Origin: Isurus oxyrinchus
Lineage: Eukaryota
Direction of reading: 5' to 3'
Assembly (NCBI GenBank): GCA_026770705.1
Contig: JANJGN010000009.1
Location: 27,032,001-27,096,000 of the forward strand
Length of the DNA: 64,000 nt
The notes below the pieces were generated by a model. That model was not told the DNA's origin. It saw only the letters and a list, made by a program, of their open reading frames with translations, and searched no databases. Shown here one piece after another: positions 37,790 through 50,412 of the stretch (position 1 is the first letter of the stretch; each line of letters opens with the position of its first letter). The position numbers and the translations under genes are program-made.

Positions 37790-39225
37790 AAATTAGGAGC
37801 AGGAGTAGGCCACTCGGCCCCTCGAGCCTGCTCCACCATTCAATAGATCATGGCTGATCTGATTGTGGGCCTCAACTCCACATTCCTGCCTACTTCTGAT
37901 AACCTTTCAACCCCTTGTAAGTCAAGAATCTATCTAGCTCTGCCTTAAAAAGTATTCCAAGACCTTGCTTCCACTGCCTTTTTGAGGAAGAGTTCCAAAG
38001 ACTCATAACCCTTTGAGAAGTTCTCATTGCTCTTAAAATGAGCGACCCCTTAATTTTAAACATTGACCCCAAGTTCTACATCCTCCCACAAGAGGAAACA
38101 TCCTCTCCACATCCACTTTGTCAAGACCCCTCTGGATCTCATATGTTTCAATCAAGTCACTTCTTGCTCTTCTAAACTCCAGTGAATACAAGCGTAGCCT
38201 GTCCAACATTTCCTCATAAGACAACTTGCCCATTCTTGGTATTAGCCTAGTAAACCTTCTCTGAACTGCTAACACGTTTGCATCCTTCCTTAAATAAGGA
38301 GACCAGCACTGTATACAGTACACCAGATGTGGTCTCACTAGTGCCCTGGACAACTGAAATATAACCCCTCTACTTTAGTATTCAATTCCCCTCTCAATAA
38401 AATTCTATTTCCCTTTCCTAATTACTTGCTATACCTGCAAACTAACCTTTTGTGATATAGTTACTGGGGCTCTCGGATTCCTCTGAATTTGAGCTCTGCA
38501 ATCTCTCTCCATTTAGATGTCCTTTTTATTCTTCCTGCCAAAACAGGCAATTTCACATTCACCCACACTATAAGCCATTTGCCAGGTCTTTGCCAACTCA
38601 CTTAACCTATTCACTTAACCTATGTAACTTTGTAACCTCTTTGCATCCTCTCTGCAACTTACTTTCCTACTTATCTGTGTCATCAGCAAATTTAGCAATC
38701 ATACCTTGTGGTCCCTTCATCCGAGTCATTTTATATAAATTGTAAAAAGCTGAAGCCCCAGCACTAATCCCTGTGGCACACCACACACTATGTCCTGCCA
38801 ATCAGAATAAGACCCATTTATGGTTGCCCTTTTGTTTTCTGTTAGCTAACCAATCTCCTATCCATGCCAATATGTTATCCCCTAACTCATGAGCTTTTAT
38901 TTTCCGCAATAACCTTTGATGTGGCACCTTTATCAAATGCCTTCTGGAAATCCAAGTACAGTACATCCACTGGTTCTCCTTTATCCACAGCATGTGACTC
39001 TTTCAAAGAATTCCAATAAATTGGTTCAACATGATTTTCCTTTCACAAAACTGTGTTGACTCTGCCTGATTGCCTTAAACTTTTCTTAGTGTCCTGCTAT
39101 AACTATTAGCTTCTAACATTTTCCTATTGACTGATGTTAAGCTAACTGGCTTGTAGCTTTCTGACTCCTTCCCTTTTTGCATAAAGGAGTTACATTTGCT
39201 ATTTTCCAGTCTAATGGAATTTTCA
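37790..39225 (-). mobile_element. CR1 LINE RT and 3' end
   Basis: LVRPHLVYCIQCWSP...LYSLEFRRARSDLIE; KVPHQRLLRKIKAH...WIGDWLANRKQ. Confidence 0.92.
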
Positions 39226-39369
39226 ATCCTTACAATTAAGTGTGTAGTAGCTGGATGGATCTTATTTAAATGTAATGTTTAGCAGGATCTGTGCTGTGTT
39301 CTATTTATGCTTTGTGTTCACTTTGTTACCATCCTGTTAACACTAAACTCAGCCATTTAAAATCAAGAG

Positions 39370-42230
39370 AGTAAATCTGGAGAGATGGTGCAGGAGGGAG
39401 GGTGTTAGATTCCTGGGACATTGGGACTATTTCTGGGGGAGGCGCGACCTGTGCAAGTTGGATGGGTTATATCTGAACAGGACCAACATCCTTGTGAGGA
39501 GGCTTGCTGATGCTTTTGGGGTGGATTTAAACTAAATTAGCAGGGGGATGGAATCCTGAAAAGTAGCTCAGGAGAAGAGAAGCCAAGATGGAATTAGAAG
39601 TTAAAACACTAAGTGAGTCTGGAAGGCAGAGAAAACAGGCTAGGTAAGAAAGAAGTGAGTTTAGCAAAGCTAAATAAAATATATTTTAATGCAAGGGGCC
39701 TGAGGAATAAGACAGGCTAGCTGAGGGCACAGACAGGCGTGTGGGAGTATGATATCATAGCTGAGACTCAGGCTGGCTAAAAGAAGGGCAGTATTGGCAA
39801 TTCAGCGTTCCTGATTATAGGGTATTCAGACGAGATAGGAAGGGGGATAGAAGAGGAGGGGGTTTGCAATATTAATCAAGTCAAGGAATCAATTATAGCA
39901 GTGCAGAGGAATGATATCTTGGAAGGATCATCAATGAGGCCATATGGGTAGAAGTAAAAACACAAAGGGAAAACATGCCGTTGGGTGTGTACTATAGGCC
40001 CCCAAACAGGTAGAGATGGAGGATCAAATATGTAACCAAATTTCAGAGAAGTGTAAGAATAATGCAGTAATAGGGGATTTTAACTACCCAAATATTAACT
40101 GGGAAAGTTTTAGTGTGCAAGGTAAGGAGGGAGCAAAATTCTTAAGCTGCATCCAGGAGAACTTTTTTAACCAGTATGGAGACAGTCCAACAAGGGAGGG
40201 GGCAGGTCTGGACCTAATATTTAGAAATGAACCCGGGCAAGTGGAAGGCGTATCAGTAGGGGAGCATTTTGGAGATGGTGACCATAACTCAGTTAGATTT
40301 AGGATAGTTGTGGAAAAGGATAAAGTTGGGCTGGGAGTAAAAGTTCTAAACTGGGGAAAGGCTAATTTTACTAAAATGAGATACGATTTGGCCCAAGTGG
40401 ACTGGGAGCAGCTATTTGCAGATGAAACTGTCAGAGCAGTGGGAGGCATTCCAGGAGGAAATAACGAGAGTACAGGGCAATTATGTTCTCATAAAGACAA
40501 AAAGGGGGACCAAGTCCGGAGAACCCTTGATGTCAAAAGACATAAAGGTTAGGATTAAGAAAAAAGAGAAGCTTATGGTAGATACCAAGGGCTCAATATA
40601 GGAGAGTCCCTAGAGGAGTATAAAAAGTGCAGGGGGAACTTAAAAGGAAATTAGAAAAGCTAAGAGTGCATGAGACAGCATTGGTGGGTAGAATAAAGGA
40701 AAACCCAAAGGGGTTTCTTTAAATATAAGGAGCAAGAGAATAACTGGGGAAAGAGTAGGGCCAATTAGGGACCATAGAGGTAATCTGTGCATGGACCCAG
40801 AAGACATGGGTACGGTCCTCAATGAACATCAGTCCTCACAATGGATAAGGACGATGCAGGTATAGACATCAGGGTGGAGGACTGTGAAATATTAGAGCAA
40901 ATTAACATAGAGGAGGCACTAACAGGTTTAGCGTCCTCTAAAAGTAGATAAATCCGCTGGCTCGGGTGTGATGTATCCCAGGTTGTTAAGGGAGGCAAGA
41001 GAAGAGGTATCGGGCCTTGTCAGTAATTTTCAAATCCCCTCTGGCCACAGGTGAGCTGCCAAAGGACTTGAGGGCTGCCAATGTCCTTCCATTATTAAAA
41101 ACGGGAGGAAGGGATAGACCAGAAAATCACAGGCCAGTCAGTTTAACCTCAGTGTTGGGGAAGTTACTGGAAAGAATTCTGAGGGACAGAATGTATCTGC
41201 ACCTGAAGAAACAGTAATTAATCAGCTAGCCAGCATAGATATATTAAGGGAAGGTCGTGTTTGACAAATTTGATCAATTTTTTTGAGGAGGTAACTCAGT
41301 GTTGATGAGGGCATATGGGATACTTGTTTTCTATGCGTCAGCTAATAAAGGCATGAGTAGGAGATTATGCTGGAACTGTATAAAACACTGGTTAGGCCAC
41401 AACTAGAGTACTGCATGCAGTTCTGGTCACCACATTATAGGAAGGATGCGATTGCACTGGAGAGGGTGCGGAGGAGATTTACCAGGGAGTGAAAACTGGT
41501 TTTATTAAAATGTTAAATAACCGACATTGCAGTCAATGCATTTGATGTGGTATACATGGACTTAAGCAAGGCTTTTGATAGGGTCCCTCATGGCAGACTG
41601 GTCAAAAAAAGAAAGCCCATGGGATCCAAGGCAAAGTGGCACATAGGATCCAAAATTAGCTGAGGGGCAGGAAGCAGAGGGTGATGGTAGAGGGATGTTT
41701 TTGTGACTGGGAGTCTGTTTCCAGTGGGGTTCTGTAGGCTTGTTGCTGGGTCCCTTGTTTGTGGTGTACACAAACAATTTGGACTTAATGTAGGGGGTAC
41801 GATCAAGAAATTGTGGATGACACGAAAATTGCTAGGATGGTAAATAGTGAGGAGGATATCGATGGACTGGTCAGGTGGGCAGAGCAGTGACAAATGGAAT
41901 TCAACCTAGAAAAGTGTAGAGGTAGTGCACTTGGGGAGGGTTAACAAGGCAAGGAATTACACTATGAATGGTAGGACCCTGGAAAGTACTAAAGATCAGA
42001 GGGACCTTGGTGTACATATCCACAAATCCCTGAAGGTAGCAGGCAGTGAAGAAGGCATATGGGATACTTGTTTTCTATGCGTCAGCTAATAAAGGCATGA
42101 GTAGGAGATTATGCTGGAACTGTATAAAACACTGGTTAGGCCACAACTAGAGTACTGCATGCAGTTCTGGTCACCACATTATAGGAAGGATGCGATTGCA
42201 CTGGAGAGGGTGCGGAGGAGATTTACCAGG
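39370..42230 (+). mobile_element. CR1 LINE (ORF1 end, endonuclease, RT), decayed, 3'-truncated at the rearrangement junction
   Basis: VIGDFNYPNINW...PTREGAGLDLI...GDGDHN; ANVLPLLK...RPVSLTS; ends at gatttaccagg. Confidence 0.92.
41310..41536 (+). repeat. 227-bp direct duplicate of 42054-42280 inserted into the CR1 RT
   Basis: Apparently identical, offset 744 bp; interrupts gatgagggc|aatgcatttgat. Confidence 0.93.
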
Positions 42231-43215
42231 GAGTGAAAACTGGTTTTATTAAAATGTTAAATAACCGACATTGCAGTCAAGAAGTTAATCTGAAGCAGAA
42301 TGTCGGTTTGCAGTCAAGAAGTTAATCTGAAGCAGAAACAACTGCGACCACTAGCATTTTAACAGTTATCATTGTTGAAAATATGCACCATTAGAAAAAA
42401 GATAACCTAAATGAAGATGTAACCCTTTGGAAATATTACCATTTAGTTCATAGTTTTTTTCCTGCCAAGTGGGACATGGTTAAAAACTAAGTTAGGAAGT
42501 TAGAAATTTAAACAAGATGGAATTTTACTTCCCACCCAAAAGACAAGGAGGAATGGGTTACCAGGCATGGCTGTTGAAGCGGACAGGCTGCATGGCTCCA
42601 AACAGAGGTTGTTAGAACACTTTGAAAAGAAAACTGGATCTTCAAAAGAGAGCCAGTTGGCTTGTTCAGAATAGTGTTGTGCGGCAATTACACATGGTGG
42701 GTTATTCAGTACACACGATTTAATGATAAATATATACAAGTACACAGTGTGTACCCATCATGTCACTGGGATCATTGCATTCATTTGCTTTGAAGCTCCT
42801 TCTAGAGACCGGGTCAGCACAGTTGGTTTTTTGTAACAGCATCGAAAGATACTAACAAAATTGCTAAAGAGTGCAATAAACCAAGTGCTCAAACTGAATT
42901 GATGGAGGTGGCGTAATAAGGGTAAGGGAAAAAGGAAATGACTTGCAATTTTAACTTTTAAATCTACCAAGTTTTGGATAAGGGATGTACTGTGACCTGT
43001 TGGCCCTTTTAAAAAGATGCATTTATTGGTATTTGAATTTCCTCATGTGGCACCAAAACATTTGGCATATCTTGCTACCTTGCCAATAAAGCAACCGTTG
43101 CTTTCATGCTTTTCAATAGAAGGTTGAGAGGAAATTGCAATGTCCCAAGTAGTCTAAGCCCCAGCACAAAACACCACAAATCTACCACTCACTCAACCTT
43201 CATTTCTCCTTCATC
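42229..43215 (-). repeat. Left arm of 987-bp inverted duplication
   Basis: Reverse complement of 45830-46816; paired coordinates sum to 89045; about 9 mismatches seen. Confidence 0.97.
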
Positions 43216-44244
43216 CTCCCAGTTAGCCATTTTCTGCAGTTGCCTCAAGTCCACTTGTACCACACAACATTTCCTTGCATGTTCCCAAAGTGGTGCCACC
43301 CTGAACTGGCTGACAGGAGGAGATGCAGTTTAACAGCACTGGGATTAGGCATCCTTCAAACTTTCCTGCCTGTTATGAAAGGATAAACACCCAATCTGCC
43401 CATGCCCACAGTCCCAAACAGAGTGACTGACAGAGGGAGCTCAGCATTTCAGTGAAAAGAGAAATTACACCCTCTTACATGGGCGCAAGGTGCTAACCCA
43501 ACTAGCTGAGGAAGCCAGGATGTACGGCATTAATAAATTATTCCTCTGTGGATTTTAAAGGAGAGTTATCTTTCTAAATTATGAATTGAGATTTATTTCA
43601 AGAAAACATTAACTACTATCTGAAGCAATCAACGAACACTCCATATTCATCAACAACACTGCTAAATATAATCAACTTATCATATGGATAGTGTTACCAA
43701 TGGGGGAGGTGGGGGAGAAACACAAAATCCCGCCCATCATTTTTGTTCTATAATGACAACTAAGTACACATGTAGATAGATGTTAAAAATTGAGTCCCAG
43801 ATTTCTCTCATAGAAAATTTATTTATTTTTAATCTTTAGCAATATGGTTCATATAGGTTAATACTGGCCACCGGGTGAAAACAACCACAGACTTACAGCA
43901 TTTATGTGGGGTGGTTTCAGCTCTTGACTCAAAAAGAACATTAATAAAGATCTGCAGCATTTCAACAACAGCAACCCTTTTAATGAATAATCAAAAGCCA
44001 CCATAGTGAGTTTTCTGTGCTCATTCCACTAATTGTCAAGTGCCACAAGCTTTCATTGTGAATAAGATGAAATCATTTTCACTAAATGAAGCAACAATGA
44101 CAGCAATCTGAAATACAACTGGAGACTTCACTTAGCCATCACTGTGTTTAAATATTTTGGAAAAGACTCTATTCAATTGTGAATGATCATACTTGGGAAT
44201 ACTTTGAATTCAAAGAGACAATAGCCTCATTGGTGTTAGACTCA

Positions 44245-44470
44245 GATGTTTACAGCACAGGCCGAGGAGACCATTCAGCCCATCATGTCCATGCCAGTCA
44301 AAGATCTGACAACACTAATCCCATTTTCCAGTGCCTGGCCCATAGCCCTGGAAGCTATGGCAATGCAAGTGAATATCTAAATCTCTCTTAATGTTAAGAG
44401 TTTCTGACTCAACCACCTTTTCAGGCAGTGAATTCCAGACTATCCTCTGGGTGAAAAAATTTCTCCTCAA
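44245..44470 (-). mobile_element. CR1 3' fragment
   Basis: ggagaccattcagcccatc...caggcagtgaattccaga...gtgaaaaaatttctcctc. Confidence 0.7.
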
Positions 44471-44477
44471 ACACTCC

Positions 44478-45830
44478 ATATTCCATGCCACGTGCTAGTG
44501 AGGCTAGAAATAGGAGGATAATGCAACTAAATATGTGGCTAAAGAGATGGTGCAGGAGTGAGGGCTTCACGTTTCTGGACAATTGGGCTCTGTTCCACGG
44601 AAGATGGGACTTGTTCCGAAGGGACGGTTTGCTAGTGCTGCTCCGGGGGGTTTAAACTAGATTTGCAGGGGGGAGGGGAACCAGAGTGTTAGAGCAGATA
44701 GTGAGGTGGAGGAGGATAAAGGTCAAGCAACATGTATAGACAGAAATCAAGGGTTTCTACGGGATTGAAATGTTCTCAGGTGCATCTATTTTAATGCAAG
44801 GTGTATTGTCGGAAAGGCAGATGAGCTTTGGGCACGTGGGATTACGACATTATTGCTATTAGTGAGACTTGGTTGCAGGAGGGGCAGGACTGGCAGCTCA
44901 ATGTTGCAAGGTTCCATTGTTTCAGACGTGACAGAGGGGGAGGGATGAAAGGGGGAGGAGTGGCATTACTAGTCAGGGAAAATATCATAGCTGTGCATAA
45001 GCAGGACAGCCCGGAGGGCTGTTCCGCAGAGGCCATATGGGTGGAGCTGAGGAACGGGAAAGGTGTGTCCACACTAATAGGGTTGTATTATAGACCGCCC
45101 GATAGTCAGAGAGAATTGGAGGAGCAAATCTGTAGAGAGATAGCAGACCGATGTAAGAAACAGAAAGTTGTGATAGTAGAAGATTTTAACTTTCCACATA
45201 TTGACTGGGACTCCCATATTGTAAAAGGGCTGGATGGCTTGGAGTTTGTCAAATGTGTTCAGGATAGTTTTCTAAATCAATATATAGAGAGGATGCAATA
45301 CTTGATCTCCTATTAGGGAACCAGACAGGTCAAGTGACAGAAGTATGTGTAGGCGAACATTTTGGGTCCAGTGACTACAATGTCATTAGTTTTAAATTAA
45401 TTATGGATAAGGATAGGTTTGGTCCTCGAGTTGAGATTCTAAATTGGAGAAAGGCCAATTTTGTGGAAATGAGAAGGGATCTAGGAAGAGTGGATTGGGA
45501 TAAGTTGTTTTCTGGCAAGGATGTGTTCAGTAAGTGGAAGGCATTCAAAGGCGAAATTTTGAGAGTGCAGAGTTACATGTTCCTTAAAGATTAAAGACAA
45601 AGTTCAGGCATAGGGAATCTTGGTTTTCAAGGGATATTGGCGATCTGGTTAAGAAGAAGAGAGAGGTGTATAGCAGGTATAGGCAACAAGGAGCAAATGA
45701 GGTACTTGTAGAGTATAGAAAATGTAAGAAAATACTAAAGAAGGAAATCAGGAAGGCAAAAAGACGACATGAGGTTGCTTTGGCAGATAATGTGAAGGTA
45801 AACCCAAAGGGTTTCTACAAATATATTAAG
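44478..45830 (+). mobile_element. CR1 LINE (ORF1 end, endonuclease, linker), truncated at the right inverted-repeat arm
   Basis: YDIIAISETW...RRDR..GGGVALLV...GLYYRPP...DFNFPHIDW. Confidence 0.92.
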
Positions 45831-46816
45831 ATGAAGGAGAAATGAAGGTTGAGTGAGTGGTAGATTTGTGATGTTTTGTGCTGGGGCTTAAACTACTTGG
45901 GACGTTGCAATTTCCTCTCAACCTTCTATTGAAAAGCATGAAAGCAACGGTTGCTTTATTGGCAAGGTAGCAAGATATGCCAAATGTTTTGGTGCCACAT
46001 GAGGAAATTCAAATACCAATAAATGCATCTTTTTAAAAGGGCCAACAGGCCACAGTACATCCCTTATCTAAAACTTGGTAGATTTAAAAGTTAAAATTGC
46101 AAGTCATTTCCTTTTTCCCTTACCCTTATCACGCCACCTCCATCAATTCAGTTTGAGCACTTGGTTTATTGCACTCTTTAGCAATTTTGTTAGTATCTTT
46201 CGATGCTGTTACAAAAAACCAACTGTGCTGACCCGGTCTCTAGAAGGAGCTTCAAAGCGAATGAATGCAATGATCCCAGTGACATGATGGGTACACACTG
46301 TGTACTTGTATATATTTATCATTAAATCGTGTGTACTGAATAACCCACCATGTGTAATTGCCGCACAACACTATTCTGAACAAGCCAACTGGCTCTCTTT
46401 TGAAGATCCAGTTTTCTTTTCAAAGTGTTCTAACAACCTCTGTTTGGAGCCATGCAGCCTGTCCGCTTCAACAGCCATGCCTGGTAACCCATTCCTCCTT
46501 GTCTTTTGGGTGGGAAGTAAAATTCCATCTTGTTTAAATTTCTAACTTCCTAACTTAGTTTTTAACCATGTCCCACTTGGCAGGAAAAAAACTATGAACT
46601 AAATGGTAATATTTCCAAAGGGTTACATCTTCATTTAGGTTACTTTTTTTCTAATGGTGCATATTTTCAACAATGATAACTGTTAAAATGCTAGTGGTCG
46701 CAGTTGTTTCTGCTTCAGATTAACTTCTTGACTGCAAACCGACATTCTGCTTCAGATTAACTTCTTGACTGCAATGTCGGTTATTTAACATTTTAATAAA
46801 ACCAGTTTTCACTCCC
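45830..46816 (+). repeat. Right arm of 987-bp inverted duplication
   Basis: Reverse complement of 42229-43215. Confidence 0.97.
46426..46483 (+). other. Candidate host exon (58 nt)
   Basis: Acceptor gttttcttttcaaag, donor CTG|gtaacc; two gccATG contexts (46452, 46477); open in two frames. Confidence 0.45.
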
Positions 46817-47606
46817 CTTTTAATTAAATGTGACTATGTTCAGTAGTTTGTACCTTTTCTGGAGTGAGCCACTTGATACAGCTATTTATGTTTTTGTCAT
46901 CATGAACTCTGTTACAGTAGATCTTGGCTGGGCCAGAAAGATTCTAAATCATTTACTTATGGATGGTACACACTGCCTAATGCTGAATCATGCAGGAAAG
47001 GACATCCACAGGGGCTAGTATTTATTTGTGCTGAGTTTGATTTCTCAGATGGTGCAATAGGAAGTGTCCTAATTGTATTCTGTTCCTGATCACTATTCCG
47101 CAAATAGGCTCAAGAGACAAAATGGCCTATTGTTGCTATACCCGATCGAATATGGCATGTGTGGGGATTTCGGGTGAGGATGGAATCTGGCACAGTTTGA
47201 CACCCTTCATTCCTCCCCATAGTAAGGAACCCATCAAGTGGACTGTTTGAAAGAAATGCCTGAATTATGAGCACTGAATAAGGTACTGGAGGGTGTGTTG
47301 TATAAACACAGCTGTGTTCCTTGTGTCCCCTCAGCAGAGGTTATAGTACCTTCACAAAATGAGGATTTGGAATAAACATTTACTTTGTCAGCAAATACAG
47401 TACCCTGGAATCCAAGACACCAGAGAGCAGAAATTCAGCTTCATTGTGCCTGTTTTAAGGGACTGATTATTCTGTGCCCAAAATGTGCCGGAAAGACATC
47501 TGGCATTGGGCCTTTTCTTTGGTATTTCTGGTAGTTACCTGAGACAGATATTGGAACTTGTACATGTTTGATTGAGGGTATAATGCCTATTTTTAGACCC
47601 TCTGTG

Positions 47607-47714
47607 GGAAATTGGATGGAGGTCTATGGAGCTGGAAATTGGATGGAGGTCTGTGGAGCTGGAAATTGGATGGAGGTCTGTGGAGCTGGAAATTGGATGG
47701 AGGTCTATGGAGCT
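47607..47714. repeat. Minisatellite, 27-bp unit x4
   Basis: ggaaattggatggaggtct(a/g)tggagct, variant order a,g,g,a. Confidence 0.95.
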
Positions 47715-48539
47715 GGAGCCTGAACAACTGTTCAAATTCCTCAGCTGCTGCAAGTTTACATTTTTAAAAAATTGTTGAAAAGTAGGTGTTCTCCGAACTC
47801 CATAGAACTTGTGCCATCCAGCCAACACTGCCGTTCCTTCTTTCCTCCTGGGTGTTGTATTCAGATCTCCATCGGCAAGGCAAGTGGACTGATGACCTTT
47901 TTAAAATGGCAAGCTGCTTATGGAGGTGTGACGAGCATTAACAATGTGTCCAAATAAAATTTATGACCAAGGAGTTTGACTGGGACTGAAGACTGGCTTC
48001 AGACTTCCCACTATTTAATTGGAGGCAATTTATGCCCGTTCCGTTGATAATGGGCAAGCAGTCTGACAATTTAGAGGCAGTGGAGGGATTGAGAGGTGGT
48101 GGTGAGGTAAAGTTGTGTTGTCAGCATCTGGAATCTGACATTGTTGTTGGATGACTGTCTAGGAACAGAATGGAGATGAAAAGTGGCAAGGGGCCAAGAA
48201 TGAATCCTTGGTAATGCCACAGGTAATAGTGCAGGGGCAGGAAGAGAAGACATTGTAGGTGATTCTCTGTTAGTTGTTATTATTGGCTCCCTCTCCTTTG
48301 GTTACTGTTCTTCCTCCTCTTCAAATCTGCTGTCACCAACCCTGGCCTCAAAAGAGAGCCCATGCAATCCCTCTATCCCTGAAAATTAATTCCAGAGAAG
48401 ACTTTTCACCCATATGTTTAAAAGAAAACCCTGAATGTGGGAATAAATGAAAGGATATCTAAATTTGAAGGTGACACTATTTGGCAAGAGAGCAGAAAAT
48501 TGCAAGAAGTTCAGAATTCTGAGTAGCAGTGGAACAATG

Positions 48540-49540
48540 GCAGAGGAAGTCAAATAGAACCAAGCATGATGCAAAATGTGTCAACAGGAAAACGGCAGAT
48601 GGGATGCAATCTAAATGGCACTCCTGCCTGCAGCAGTAGTTCACAGCATCAGTAACAGCATCACTTACTTGCTCTGTTCTGGACACCAATGTGAATACCT
48701 GGATCCTGGGGGTGTGTAGAAGGTGCACTGAGCAGTTTCAAGTAGTGTGGACATCAAAAGGTACCTGAAGTCCAAAGCTGGACTGCACCTCATCTGGTGA
48801 GCTGGGGATTGGAACTCATGGATTTTTTTTTCCAAAAGGATGTTTTTATTGACATCAGGCCCAAGCTTTACACTCTGTTCCAAACAGATGATGGCTTGGA
48901 TGGAGGAGGTCATTACCCACATGTGCAGTACCATATTGGACAGCTTTGTCATACTGTAAGTTAACAGGTTGCTCCCAGTGATGCTTAGGCTGCTTCCACT
49001 GAGGCTCAACTAGAATGAAACAGGGCCTTTTGGCTTTAAACAGGTTTGGGGGTTGATTGCAGAACGCCTTGTGGCAGGGCTTCACTAAATCAGTTGAATC
49101 TTCTGCCGTTGGTCACAGCGAGGGAGTACCTAAAGACAGGAACGTGGCTGATGAAGGTATGGATAATAGTATTGTTCGTTCAGATCTTCCTGGTCAATTG
49201 CCTCCCATGTTTGTCCACGTTCTGGAAAACATGCAGGCTTAGGCTGTCCACTGAAGCATGAGTACCACAGCCCTCTGCAGTGGGTCACCTCAATCCCACA
49301 GAGGTCTTATTGGTGTACAACAGTCATGCTGCCCAAACACGGCTACCATTTGAGCTGGCATCTAGATGAAGCCTTGAACTAGGGTTGAGAGGTCATACAA
49401 AGCATTTCAGCAAGATGAAGCATCACAACAGAAACAGTCATTTGCACAATATTTGGAGATCGAAGCTTTGACAGGTTGTTCAGAATAACCTTGGCAAGGT
49501 TTCTGAGAAGGCTTCAATGCATGGCATATCAGCATTGAAA
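48540..49540 (-). mobile_element. Decayed coding-like fossil, possibly CRE-clade non-LTR retrotransposon pre-RT region
   Basis: Frameshifted motifs in CRE-like order: VMTSS..., KHP, PPGSRYSH, AVTDAVN/LLQAGVP; recalled similarity only. Confidence 0.3.
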
Positions 49541-50087
49541 GCTGTGTGAAGGGAAAGGTATACATGTAGAGGAAATAGAGAAGTGCACAGAATATTCACC
49601 TAAGTTGCATACTTGCAAGTTATTATGGGGCTGCAGTGGAAAAGCTACACCAATTTCACATTGTGTCTCTCTTTTTGCTTTAGCTACTCTTCCTAGTTCC
49701 TTTACAGCACCCTTTCCCCCTTCTCCATGGTGATGCCTATTTTCAGGGCAAACATCAGCAATGCTGGAATCTTTCATGGCACTGTACTGGAGGGTGCCAT
49801 GTGATTGAAGCTGGTGACACTAAGGCAACTGCCAAAAGACTCTGGAAACAGGAATTAAACAGCAAGCTTCAGCAATTAGCTGACAACTTTCATTTTTACT
49901 GTTGGTTTTGCTAAACTCCTTTTCCATTTGCAGCATGGTGCACTCATATCTGGATGACCAGTTCATGTAGTCTAGACAAATGAAAGTGTTAATTGAAAGG
50001 GTATGTCGAAAAATCTCATGTATCCATTAGTTCATGTACAGCTTCCCACAAACTATTGGGTGCTCCCTGAATAGTTGAAAATATGAG

Positions 50088-50412
50088 GGGAAGGTGGTGG
50101 CATAGTGGTATTGTCACTGGATTAGTAACCCACGGACCCAGGATATTGCTCTGGGGACCAGGGTTCAAATCCTACCATACCAAATAGTGAAATTTGAATT
50201 CAGTAAAAATTACCTGGAATGACTATGAAACCATTGTTTGTTTTTTTAAAAAAAAAATCTGGTTCATTTCAGGGCCCTTCAGGGAAAGGAAATCTGTGAA
50301 TCCAGACTCTCAGCAATGACCCTTAAATGCCCTCTGCACTCGTTTCTCAAGGGCAATTGGGGATGGGCAATAAATGCTGACCTAGCCAGTGATGTCCCAT
50401 CCCATGAAAAAA
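50088..50412 (+). mobile_element. tRNA-derived SINE, same family as 9165
   Basis: A-box-like ggtggcatagtggta, B-box-like gggttcaaatcc, tail gggcaataaatgctg...cccatgaaaaaa. Confidence 0.85.

Noticed and set aside
42500-46545. Twin ORF pairs (81 aa and 70 aa) as duplicated genes
   Set aside because: They follow from the inverted duplication, start at non-ATG codons and show no recognisable domain; only the internal 58-nt exon candidate is kept
42229-46816. Large-TIR DNA transposon (Polinton or foldback type)
   Set aside because: No TSD and no transposase or polymerase; the arms are fused asymmetrically to truncated CR1s
50088-50175. tRNA gene (also 9165-9235 and 43440-43517)
   Set aside because: A/B-box-like motifs belong to SINE heads; no convincing cloverleaf
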